Shown here piece after piece: positions 39,949-52,010 of a stretch of 64,000 bases of DNA. Source of the stretch: the human T2T-CHM13v2.0 reference genome, Homo sapiens; the NCBI RefSeq assembly GCF_009914755.1, contig NC_060934.1; one strand, 5' to 3'. Below the pieces are notes generated by a model, which was not told the origin of the DNA, did not search any database, and worked only from the letters and a program-made list of their open reading frames with translations. The position numbers were made by a program, and so were the translations under genes. How positions within the stretch are numbered: position 1 is the first letter of the stretch; each line of letters starts with the position of its first letter.

Positions 39949-41410
39949 CTATACCGGGAGGGAAGACCCGACAATGTGAAGGAGAATGTGGTCTGGGGAA
40001 TTAGAACCTGGTTGCTAGGGCATCCGTGAAAATAATGAGTTGTCCCCATCTAGATTGACAATTCTAACTGGAGTCGAAGGTTCTTACCAAATGTGTTAGC
40101 TAAATTACATGTGTGTGTGTGTGTGTGTGCATATGTGTGTCTTATTAGGAGGCTCTTAATAAATCTAATAATGTTTTAAAAGAATAAGAATGGCCACTTA
40201 TTGAGACATTTCTCATGCCAACATGGTGCTACACTTTAGACACCTTGATTCTTCCAGCAACATTTTGAGGTAGGTGTTGCTATGCACATTTTGCAGATAA
40301 GAAAAACCAGGTTCCAAAAAGTTCAAGTTTCTAGCCCAAGGAAACACAACTAATAAGAGGCAGAATACACAGTCAAACTCCCCTCTGCCTGGAACTTCTA
40401 ACTTCTTTTGTCAAATGTACACAAAAGTTCTAAACACATGTATTTAAAAATTTTGGCAGAATAAAAGTAGTCCCTTCCAAAATATTTTAATCTGGATCTG
40501 ACACCTCATCTAGGGTCCCTGTCGCTCTTTCTCTACTTCTGTGGGTTTTCTGCTCATTTTTGCTAGCACAGCCTCTGTACCTCAACTGTAGTCACTTGTG
40601 TCTACAGTTGTAACGTGTATAGTTACCCCTAGGAGACCCTCTCCTCACTGATCTATGTGGTTGGTATGCCCCTGGCCTTAATCCCACACTCATGATTTTT
40701 AGTTTCCATGCAAACTTCATATTTTGTTTCTTGATTTTTTTTTCAATGTGTTTATGTTTTGGATTCAATTTTGGCCAAGTCCCTTGGATTTCTTTGATAT
40801 CCCGTTGCCGCTTTGCTATAAAGTCAAAATGAGCTGCATTTAAATACATAAAGAATTTTCCCAGCTCAATCTTCAGTTCATAAATTATGCTGCATACTGG
40901 TCTTCGTAGAAATCACAGTGATTGAATTATTGAGGTCTGAATAGCAGCTACTTTCCATAGATGCAATTCATTTCATATGCAGTCTAGCCCCAAATCTCAT
41001 TGGTAGCAATTGGCATCTATCATATAAAGTGTGCAGCTAGAGAATTCGTATATGTTGCTGGCAGCCAACCATAAGCAGGCTGCCCTGTGAACAATGGAGG
41101 GACAAGGCTGTTGAAAGGCAAGTGTCGAAAATGAATGACTAACTCGCTGATGAGGATATTGAATTCAGTTTAACAGCTTTCACTTCCTTCTTTTCCCTGA
41201 AATATTCCTCTATTTTCAGTATGTATGGAAAATATTTTCACATGACCTACTCTCATCTCCCAACTTTCCTTTATTTGGAGAAATGAGCTTTTGCCTAGTT
41301 CTCTCAGATCAATTTTCAATCCAATCAGCTCGGTTTTGCATTGGAGGTTTTCCGGAGCTTCATATAGTCTACTTCTTTTGGCTCATTCCCAAGCAAAGAA
41401 ATATATTTAC

Positions 41411-41509
41411 CATATCACGGAATTCGATCTGGGCTCCAGCTTCCATTAACTTCTCCACAATTGCCAAATGTCCTTCCAAGCATGCTCTATGAAGAGCTGT
41501 CCGTTTATA
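41411..41509 (-). CDS. ANKRD1: ANKRD1 exon 5, ankyrin repeat [33 protein letters not shown]
   Basis: 99 nt, TALH ankyrin motif, canonical splice sites. Confidence 0.97.
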
Positions 41510-42543
41510 CTATCAGAACAGAGATTTTAAACAGAGATAGCAATAAATATAAAAATGTGTGTAAACCCTTTTAAGAGCTATGAAGCTGGAGATTCTGATG
41601 ACCTAACTGATAGAAACTCAAGTGCTTCTTTATGAATAGAAATGTCAAAGTTAACTAAAATTGCAGAATCAGAACAATTATCCTGCAACTAATATTTGAG
41701 CTTCCTCCAATATACATTTCCAAGGGCTCAAAGGCCTACGTTGAGGAGTGTGAACTTAAAGGCTCAAAACTATCTAAATGCTGACATCTCCGTTTCTTCT
41801 ATCTTGCACCTTCCTTGTTCATGTAGCATTACCATGCAGATCAGACAGCTTTCTTGCATCTGGGACTGTTGCTAGACTATCAAAAAGTTTCCATTCATTT
41901 TTAGGAGAATGGGAGACATGTTTTTAGTTCAACTTCAGAAGCGGTCCCCAATTTCACTTCATGGGGGAAAGAATACAAAAAGATTAGTGATTTCTGATAA
42001 ATTGGCTTTATTTGAATGGGCTAATGAACTATTAGAGCTGGAACAACTTTAGGCGTTATTTCACTCCAATGCCCCATGTTTACAGATAAGGAAACCACAG
42101 CCCAGAGGATGCAAATTAGCTGCTCAAAACCAAATAGCCAAGTAGTGGTACAACTGGCCCCTGAACTCCAATCTCCAGATTTCTTATCTAGTGTTGACGT
42201 GCTTGGTTTTAATCAAAGATGATGCTAATAATATATCTCTAAAGGTGACTTTTTGGCCCACATTAAAAGTCTTATCCCAAGAATCTAAGAAGTTAAAGAA
42301 AAACTGAAAAATCAGCCAGATGTATATGAGTGCAAAAAACAATGCAATCCGTATCACTGATCTAATATCTATTTATTTTTTGGACCACTGAACTCTCCTA
42401 TTAGGCTCCTGGCATACACAGCAACAGCTGGGGAAACTGTTTCAGGTGGAAGGACTTTGGCACTATATTAGCAAGACTGGAGTAAAGCATAAGAAACATA
42501 AAATTAATGAGCTGGATTTTGCAGTGCTTTGCATGAGTCTTAC

Positions 42544-42651
42544 CTCATCACAAACATCTGGATTGTTCTTGTCTGACAAGAATTTTTCTACTACTGGCAG
42601 TTTATTCTCCAGAGCAGCCTTCAGAAACGTAGGCACATCCACAGGTTCCGT
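42544..42651 (-). CDS. ANKRD1: ANKRD1 exon 4, [36 protein letters not shown]
   Basis: 108 nt, ctttag acceptor, gtaaga donor. Confidence 0.96.
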
Positions 42652-42670
42652 CTAAAGCCAAAATAAATAA

Positions 42671-42695
42671 ATATATATATATATATATATATATA
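42671..42695. repeat. (AT)12 microsatellite in ANKRD1 intron 3
   Basis: Directly visible. Confidence 0.95.
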
Positions 42696-42809
42696 GCATG
42701 AGAGTTACCGTGAGCTTGCCAGCATTCAATCAAACCCTCCACAGATATTTGCTCCCCTGTAGCACAACACTGGACATGTATTACTGGAAACCAAAAAAAA
42801 AGCCCTTAC

Positions 42810-42947
42810 AATGATTTCAGGTTCTGGTTCCTTTACAACTGGAACTTTAGTTTTCCTGTATTTTTTCCTTTTCTTCAGTTGAATGATTATTTCAAGGTCT
42901 TCTAAATTTTCAAGCTTTGATCTTTGTTCTAGTTTTTTCTTTTTGAG
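42810..42947 (-). CDS. ANKRD1: ANKRD1 exon 3, [11 protein letters not shown]...KKRKKYRK...EPEPEII (coiled-coil/NLS region)
   Basis: 138 nt, canonical splice sites; basic KKKK and KKRKK clusters. Confidence 0.96.
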
Positions 42948-43847
42948 CTAAAAAAGAAATTCGTATTTCAAAAATATGGTGAGTTCTACTGACAAGCATT
43001 CTGGTTGTGTCTAAACTAAATCTGCAAGGTCTGAGATAAACATGTGAACAGTTTGAGCAAAAACATTTTTTAAAAATTATATAAATCTTTGACTTCATTT
43101 TAGGGATTTCTTATTCAGATATTTATCTGGGAGTCTAATTTTCAGCTAATTGCCATCATCTTTACTTCTGTTGCTTGTAGAATCAGCCCTTGACCAATTG
43201 AGGACACGATCTGGTCTCTAAGTGATGACTTTGTAATTAATGCCATAAGCAAGTCTTAGATTTTTAAAGGATTTTTAAAATTATGCTCAAAACTTGGTTT
43301 AATTTTTGAGCATGATAAAAAGAATCTAACAATAAATGTTAAGCTCTGAAATATCAATGTCATTCTCTTTCACTAAGCAGAGCCTTCTAAAACAGACTGT
43401 CCAGGGACCACAGCTAACTAAAGCAAATTTTATCTGTGTTAGTAATTAAGGAAAATTCACCCAGAAACACAGATTGTGTCAACACAGATAGCAGACAGTT
43501 AAACAATGATCTATGGACCACAGACCATGTTATTGAGAAAAAGAGATCTCCGTTGCTTGGGATTAACTACATGGTGTGTAACATCAGGAATTCACTGGAC
43601 ATGTGTATCTTTCAATCAAAACATGGTCACAGCACATTTATTCATTGATTCAGAATTCAGAGGTCATAGTCTTGTCAAAGAGTTATTTCCCAAAACCTGT
43701 TCCATACAAGTTGCCTCTTTACGGGTTAGAATCTGGTAAAGAGACATCTTAATGATTGGGTTTGTTTCTCTCTTCTCCTTCCCTGACATTTCCATTCCCT
43801 ACCCCAGCCCCAACATCCTACTAGTGGATTCCACAGATGGCTCTCAC

Positions 43848-44027
43848 CTCTGCCTCTCGTTGTTTCTCGCTTTTCCACTGTTGCTCCCCCAGGGTCACAG
43901 GGTGGGCTAGAAGTGTCTTCAGATCCTCCTGCTTCTCTAAAGTAACAGCAGCTTCATACTCTCCATCTCTGAAATCCTCAGGAAGGAATTCCCCTGCCTC
44001 CCCATTGCCATTCTTCTTTCCAGTGAC
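43848..44027 (-). CDS. ANKRD1: ANKRD1 exon 2, VTGKKNGNGEAGEFLPEDF...SEKQREAE
   Basis: 180 nt, canonical AG/GT, phase 0-0; matches recalled ANKRD1. Confidence 0.96.
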
Positions 44028-44679
44028 CTATGAGGGAAGAAGATGGCAGCGTCAGAAGCAGCAGCCTCGTCCTGGGTCATTCTTCACAGACAATGCCGCA
44101 GGAGGCTCTTGGTCCTTCTCCCCTGGGAACAGCCACCTTTGAGCAGTGCACTCTCAGATCTCAAGCTGCGATGCACACTGCTACAATTGTCCCAGAATTA
44201 CCTTCAGATGCTTGTCCTACTCTCTTGGTTAAATCAAAGCTTGGGTTAGGTTGACAGATTAAATCTACTTTTAATCTGCTTAATCACATTTCTTTTAGGA
44301 AAATCAAAAACCTTCTCTGCTTAATTAAAACTCAACTTTAGGTACTTTTGATGAGTTTCGCCTTATTGTAAAGTTTCCGGGCTTACATTCTTTCAATAAC
44401 ACTTCTTCCCTAAGACATTTTGATAACTACACGTGATTCCACACTGTAGTAATAAAACCAAAGGAGAAGATATTAAATAGGAAATATGCAGAGAATTCAT
44501 TACTGGTAGCTCCATTTTTTTTTTCCAATTTCACTTGTTTCATCACATCAACCTTTTTCCATATATGACATTTTCAGAGTTCCCTTGCATTACACCTGAA
44601 AGCAAAGGGCATTTCAATTTTCAAATAAAAACCAAGATGAACCAGTTTTCATTTTATAAAATTAATGCATCTTACATAC

Positions 44680-44706
44680 CAGTTCCTCTACTTTCAGTAC
44701 CATCAT
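44680..44706 (-). CDS. ANKRD1: ANKRD1 (CARP) exon 1 coding part, MMVLKVEEL
   Basis: ATG at 44706-44704 in a gccaacATG context; gtatgt donor. Confidence 0.96.
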
Positions 44707-44769
44707 GTTGGCTGAAGGAGTCTTGTATGTTTTTCTGTCGTGGAAGGAATCCCTGGAGTTGGCCCTGCT

Positions 44770-45210
44770 GGGCCCCTCCACACCGGTCAGCTTATATAGC
44801 TGGGGCCGGGTGAGATAATCTTCCAACCTGGGAACCGAAGTAACACTCCCACCCCCATTAGGAGCCAACTCAGAGGCAGGTGAATTTTCATTCCAGACTC
44901 AGTGTCTGGGAAGCTGAAGAGGGAGGGGAGGACAAGCTAACCCTGCTGAATATGTGAATCAGGAAGAAATGTGAGAGGGCCATTCCTTTGGTGGTGATCA
45001 CATCGCTCAGCAATGCAAGTCATCCTATTTGTCAAGAGTCAGGGGACAGCTGTCTGTTGACATTGCACCACATCACTGCCCTTTTTTTCTTTGTCAGCTT
45101 TCATATGACTACCTATCAAGAAAATGTAGATGCCCTACATATCACACCCCCAGTAATATCTTTCTGATAAGCAGACTTATCAACACTTCACTTAGGGGAA
45201 ACTTGTCCCA
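44770..45210 (-). promoter_or_regulatory. ANKRD1: ANKRD1 proximal promoter
   Basis: TATATAA at 44798-44792; GATA at 44813-44818; CCCACCCCC box near 44848; M-CAT/TEAD CATTCC at 44889 and 44981; AP-1-like TGAATCA at 44955; E-box CAGCTG at 45047; paired GATA at 45165-45182. ANKRD1 is an established YAP/TEAD and GATA4 target. Confidence 0.85.
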
Positions 45211-45515
45211 GGACATCCTATTCCCTGGGTAAACAGCCTGAGGGGAAGGGATCTGGGCCCTAAAGGCACTTGTCTATATCTGTTTGGAATTCTTTGGAGT
45301 GATGTCTGGGGCTAAATAGGCCCCATGACATGCCACCTTACCATCATTATAAGAAATTGAAAGCATTCAGTAATGCACTTTTCTTTTATGATGTCACTGG
45401 CCATAATTAGCACATGACATGCTTACCGTGTTCTAAAACAGCATAATAATTGGAGCATTTTTACTTCAAAATGGATCAGAGTGGTCAAGAAATAGAGTAA
45501 ATGAAACCAGCTATC

Positions 45516-45640
45516 AGCCGGGTGCAGTGGCTTACACCTGTAATCCCAACATTTTGGGAGGCAGAGACAGGAAGATTGCTTAGCTTAGGAGTTCAATACT
45601 AGCCTGGGCAACATGGCAAAATCCCATCTCTACCAAAAAT
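45516..45640 (+). mobile_element. FLAM/Alu left monomer
   Basis: gccgggtgcagtggcttacacc...ctctaccaaaaata. Confidence 0.85.
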
Positions 45641-46368
45641 ACTATATATATATATGAAAAAAATGAGACCAGTTATTAGCAATGGCAGGACTCTGATTAG
45701 GTCATTGAGCTGAAGTTCTCAAATGCTGTGGGGAAAGGAATCACCTGTGGGAGCTTGTCAGAAATACAGATCCCTGGGCCCCACTCCAGGGAATTCTGAG
45801 TTGATTTATGGTAACTCGTAGGAATCATCTTGAATTTCAAAGCACCCAGATGATTCTGATGCATCAAGATTTGAGACACGTGGCTGGAGGGATAATGCGC
45901 TTTGCTTCCGGAAGGGTTGAAAAAGGTCTCTATTTCTGGTTTCTAATCTTTGAGGTGTAAATTATGTAAAAATACTGGGGTCTTTTTATAGTTTCAGGAA
46001 AAACTGGGTTTTTTTCAGTAAAAGAAAGGAGAGAAGAATGGGAGAAGGGAATTGTGAATGGAGGGAAGTGTTAATTAGGAAGTTATGTTTGACCTTTGTG
46101 TGTCTATTTCTCCCCAAACTCACCCAATCAACAAATGTGGCTGCCATTCTCCTCTTCCCCCTTGAATGCTCAGTCAGTGGATGGTGTTTCTGAAACTTTG
46201 AGAAGACATCGACTCCCCACCCCAAGACAAAACATTGACAAAGAGGGACCCTCCCAGTACCTCCTGTATCATATGTTCCGGTCTCCTAATATTCTATCTT
46301 AAAAGGGGGTTAATTAAAGGAAATCTCCTGGGCTTTTCTTTGAGATGGACACAGCTATCACTATTTTC

Positions 46369-46516
46369 TTTTTAATTTTTTCCTTTTCTCTTTATTATTT
46401 ATTTATTTTTAATATATGGAATGTTTCACAAATTTGTGTGTCATTCTTGCACAGAGTCCATGCTAATCTTCTTTGTATAGCTCCTATTTTAGTATATGTC
46501 CTGCTGAAGCAAACAG
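46369..46516 (-). pseudogene. U6 snRNA retropseudogene with A-rich tail
   Basis: Reverse complement GCTTCAGCAGGACATATACTAAAATAGGA...GAAGATTAGCATGG...GCAAGAATGACACACAAATTTGTGAAACATTCCATAT matches U6 with CpG decay; flanked by GAAAATAGT(A/G)AT direct repeats. Confidence 0.92.
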
Positions 46517-48970
46517 AGTCATTACTATTTTCATTGGTCTCTTCATCTAAGTCAGAAGTAGTCATGGACACTTTTTCTACCATTTCGTATGCCTTTTTGT
46601 TCCAGGCCTGACCCAAACTGAGGGAGGTATTAGGAGGAGAAGTGTTTGGGGGAAGGACTGTGGGATGTTTAAGGGTCTTGGATATGAAATCCCAGAGCTG
46701 TCCATGCCCTCGAAGTTGGAGCAAGACTAATGCTCTCATTTTACAGAGAGGATGCTGAGGCAAAGAAACATTAAGTAACTTGCTGCAGATGCACAGCTAG
46801 TTGGTGAATGCTAGGTTGAAGAGTCCTGATTCCATCCAACAGAAGCAGACAATCATTGAGCCCAAAAGATTTCCTAGGGCAAGTCTCACCTAGACCCACT
46901 CAGGATGCAACCAAAACTGATTAAATGGCTCCTTACTGTTTCAATCACCTCAAAGAATGCAAGTGAAAGTGGGCAGGGAGGCTTACCAAGCCCTTTTCTT
47001 TCTCCAGGCATTTAATTATCCCTTGAAACCTAGCTGATTCTATAGAGAGGCTCCAGGAAGTCTTGAAGAAAACTTTGCAGAGGATGACACTTGAAGATGA
47101 GTTGATGGAATGGGCTGAACTTAAAGGAGCACGCTGGTGGATGCAAGGATGTCAGGGCTGGTGAAATCACTGCCAGTTCAACCTTTTCCCATGTTGATCC
47201 AGCTTGTCATTATAAAACATGAGAGGTACAACTTGAGGATAAGTGGTCAGAAGATGTAAAAAGAATATGACAACAAATAAAGAAAAAAAACATGAGAGAA
47301 TCTGCTTTTTGAAAAGAGATTCTAGGCACCTTTAGCTCTCTAAAAAGATAAAAACAACAACCATTGTATTTTCAAATCGTTCTTATTCATCAAAATTGAG
47401 AAAAAAATTCCCCTGGCGGAGAGTTTTCTGTCATTTGTTTTTCAGAAGCATCCTTCCCATAAAAGTTCACCCAGTGGTGTAAATTCTTATATTTGTGTAT
47501 TTGGCTTTATCATAGCCTCAATCTGGACATAATCTATCCTTACTAAGATGAATTAAAACAATAAAGGTCCTAGTTGGTTCTACAATCATAAAGCAACTTG
47601 GCATCACCCATCTCCAACCAGAAAGAGTAAAGGAAGCATCCCTGAGCTTCTCCAGTGTCACCCCATGAGCCTTTTCCCACTCCCCTCAGGATTTATGCAT
47701 TTCCATGGGTGAAATGACATGTGACTAGAATTAGGACCATGGTTATAGCTGGAGAAAGTGAGAAGCAGAGAAGTAGCACCTAAAGCAATTACTGCTGTCA
47801 CCTAGGGATTAAAAGAGGCGCTTGGACCCCACCCAGATCCATGTGCCATAGCTCAGCTCCAAGTCCAAGGGCAGTTTTATCTTTCTGTATAAAATATGAA
47901 GTTCCAGACGTTCTACTTCTACTCCAACTTTTCATTCTTATATTTTAACTATATAATAGACACATTATTGTTAAAAATAGCACAGAGAATGTTATTTAGT
48001 TCAGATCTTACTGTCGATTTGATACTTGATTATTTTTCGCTCAGTAACCGTGTCTTACAGATTGTCTCCTATCTGCACAAACAAATCTATCTTGCTATTA
48101 GAAACAACTGCATGAATTTCCATGCACGGACCTACCATTTCTTATTTAACCACTTTCTCATTTGTGGACATGTAGGCTGTTTTTTTAAAATGGGCATTTT
48201 TATTTTCTAAAAAGGCATTTTATAGCACATAAAATTTTATTGTTATTAACACTCCTTGTCCTTAGAACACCCAACTTGATACTAAAAGGAAGTGCTCCAA
48301 GGACTGTAGCCAGATTCTGACTTGGAAACCTCCTTGTTCCACTGTTGTACTTACAATTGCTCATTTTGCCATCCCTTTTAATAGCCTTCCCAGTCCCAGC
48401 TGTTACGCACCTTCCTTGGCCCAGAGAAGTGGCTGACTTAGCCTGACCAGCAAGCCATGGCTCAGTTACGTGTTTGAAAATGCCAAAGGAAGGTCATAAA
48501 AGTGAAGCAAATAAGGTTTAATGTTGTTTCCCCTCCCCTGCCAGGAATGGGATAACCTGTATTTGAAAAGCAGAAAAGTACTGGAAACATTTTCAGCAGG
48601 ATTGTGGCACCTGCCTTCCTTGCCTCTCGAAAGGCAGAATCAAGACTAAAGTCCTTCTGCCCAGGACTCTGGATAGAAAGGGCACAAACTGCCCTAACAC
48701 AGTTGGGCTGCCCACAGTAGGTTACTTTTTACGGATATCGGTGGCCTCCTGACGTTAGAGGTAGGTGAAGGCTGTAGGTCTCACCTCCACACCTTACAGC
48801 AGGTGCCTTGTTACAGTAAATAAGGTATCTCAGTGCAAATTCTGCCACACATATGAACTCACACCAGCCAACAGGCACAAAGGGCCACATGCACTATTCA
48901 GTAAACTCATGAAGCCCAGCCCTTTGTCCATTTAGGCCCTTGGACAGTGTCCAGCACAAAAGATTCGCTT

Positions 48971-49121
48971 GACTAGGCATGGTGGCTCATGCCTGTAACC
49001 TCAGCACTTTGCGAGGCCAAGGCAGGAGGATCACTTGACCCTAGGAGTTCGAGACCAGCCTAGACAACATAGCGAGATCCTGGCTCTATGTTTTTTTATT
49101 TAAAAAAAAATAAAAGAAAAA
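48971..49121 (+). mobile_element. FLAM/Alu monomer
   Basis: Single arm with A tail. Confidence 0.85.
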
Positions 49122-49870
49122 GTTTCACTTGAAGCAAATGAAACCACAACCACATTCTGGCAGCATATTTCAGCTAATTTTCTAGTCCACTCAAGGTGAT
49201 TACAGACTCCTCCACATATGGCCTAACACAAGATAGGATGGAGTCCTAGCACTCACTATAAGCCTAGGACTCCAACTGCATAGAAAAGTGCCTGACACAT
49301 AGTGGGGCTAAATAAATATTTACCTGAGACCCAGCAGGGCTCATATTCTTTTCTAACCAAACCACATATTTCAAATTCTCCTTTCAATGAGAAATAATTG
49401 GTAACATTTCTCATGCTAATTAACCATTAATCTGTCAATACTATCAAAGGTAAAGATAGGTAAAGTACTTGGGATTACCTCCACTGGAGTGGGGGCAGCT
49501 CATTAGTGTCTTTCAAATGCTAACTAACCCCAACAGTTGTAATCGCAGAGTCAGGGCTTCTCAGGTGTGAACTAACATTTCTTCAAGCAGTGATTCTCTA
49601 AGCTGGGTGCATCTTAGAATCCTCTGTGAAGCTTCTAAAAAAATGCTGATGCCCAGGCTTCAGCTCAGGCACATGAAATCCAAATCTCTGCTCAAAGATC
49701 CAAGGAATTGGTATTTTTTAAAGTTTTCCAGTTGATTCTAATTTCCTCCCAGCATTGAGAATACTGCTCGAGGGTGTAGAATTAAATGAATATGTATCTA
49801 AATACACGTGTATTTTCTCCAAGTTGTAGTGGACAGTCAAGCTATTGTTATTCTGGTCTCAGAATTTTGA

Positions 49871-50269
<399 letters not shown>

Positions 50270-51966
50270 TACTCATTTAATATTTATTTAGCTCTACTTT
50301 GTGTCAGGCATTTTTCTAGAGCTGAGATATACTTATGCTCTCGAGAGACACACGACTCTGCCCTCACGGCATTCACACAGTTTTACTGAAGTATTTAACA
50401 AAAACTACAGACAATATAACATGCTTCTTCTGCCACAAATCAAGAAGAGTGAGGCGAGACAGTAGTTTTGTGGGTCTGGTGGGGATGGGATGAAGAATCA
50501 GGAGGCTTACCTCTAAATCCTGGCTTTGCCCTGTGTTCACTGGAGCAAGTCCTCTCACCTCTTACCATCTCAATTCCTGAAGTTATAAAAGGAGAGCTGA
50601 GAACAAAATGATTTCTAGGGCCCTAAAGTTTTACTGAGGTCTCAAAGTCACTGAATCAAAAGGTAGAAATAAACATTCATAACTGCAGCATCACGTGCGG
50701 ACAGTGAAGTTGATTCTCCAATGCCTCTAAAAGAGGAAACGGTCCATAAAGCTTTCACTAGCCCAGGATATTTCCACTATCTTTAAGACATTCTCCCACT
50801 TGATAAACATAAAAATTTCACACTCTCTGTTACATGGATAGAAATTTCAAGAAGATCAACTTGGGGTCAAGATGAAATAAAAGTAGTGGTAATTTTGATT
50901 ATGCCTCTTCAAACCTTCTAAGACCGCAGAGATTTTTATAAGGCCTCGTCCTCTTTCTTCCCCTTCTGAGAATCCCTGCCCAAGCTCTTGCCTAGGCTGA
51001 CATCTGTCCCCATAGAAAAGGTAGTGATAAGTGTCCAGGAAGGGATCTCAGTGACTTTCTATTACATTCTTATTTCCCCAAATAATGGGTTCTTGTTTAG
51101 GCCCCCTACACTGGTTCCCAGAACATTAGGAAGGCAGAGCCTCTAACAATCAACATTCTGGGATTGTGATAAGGACAACTGGCCTGTCTATTACAACCTC
51201 AAGAAGAATGGGTGTGAGTGGGAGAATCAGTTAAAATGTGAATGCATAATGGTTCCCCTCCCACCCCTCAACTTTCTCAAAAGCCAAATTTACTTCATGA
51301 GATTAAATTTCACTCAATGGACGGTGGGATGATGGAGAGTTTGCGTTGAGATGATTTTTTAAAAGGAAGTTTGATTGTCATAGTAACGCTCTGAAAAGAT
51401 TTTGATGCAACTTTGGAATTACTTCACACCCAATTACATAGAACATCTACTTGGAATGAGAGATAAGTGCTTCTGTGACTGCAAACATAGATAGAAAATC
51501 CATTAACCTTTTTAGCCATTTATTAAAGCAGAGGAAAATTATTTTTAAAATGCAATTTCTGACTTCAAGAAGAAGTACCGAAAAAAATATTTTCTTGGTG
51601 TAGTTTGGAGTTTCCTAATAAAGGGCAAATGCCACAGAATATCTTCACTATGGATTCCTTGGGAATCAGAGAAATTTAGGGCCAGTAACACACTGAGTGG
51701 TCATTGAGTCCACTCCCTGACCAGGAAGGGCCAGAGTTAGGCAGGTAGAACCCTATTACTTTAAAAACTAAAACCTCCCTTTGTCGTTATCCTCATATTT
51801 AAAAATCTTACTGCAATACAGTTTCTTGTGGCTTACTTACAGCTGGGCAGCTTAGTCTGTTTGTCTCATTCTAGCTTCAGGAATGATCATCACCAAAAAC
51901 ACGTATTGAGCATTTTTTCCGATGACTTTTGCTAGTCAAAGGGAAAAAAGCTAAAAGGTGAAATTA

Positions 51967-52010
51967 CTGCCATTGAACTGCCATTACTTGAACTGCCATT
52001 ACTTGAACTA
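51967..52010. repeat. 15-bp minisatellite, about 2.5 copies of ttgaactgccattac
   Basis: Directly visible; gives the SSSNG repeats in spurious ORF 51932..52141. Confidence 0.85.

Noticed and set aside
44662-44868. ORF extending ANKRD1 N-terminally by 54 codons
   Set aside because: It starts at TTG and runs across the TATA box, upstream of the expected main start site; nothing in the sequence supports translation.
44787-44891. 34-codon uORF on the - strand (MKIHLPLSWLL...)
   Set aside because: It lies almost wholly upstream of the TATA-driven start, and its ATG is simply the M-CAT motif; relevant only to rare upstream-initiated transcripts.
45312-45319. CTAAATAG as a MEF2 site
   Set aside because: Two bases shorter than the YTA(A/T)4TAR consensus.
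51614-51624. CCTAATAAAGG as a CArG box
   Set aside because: Seven A/T bases between CC and GG, so it does not fit CC(A/T)6GG.
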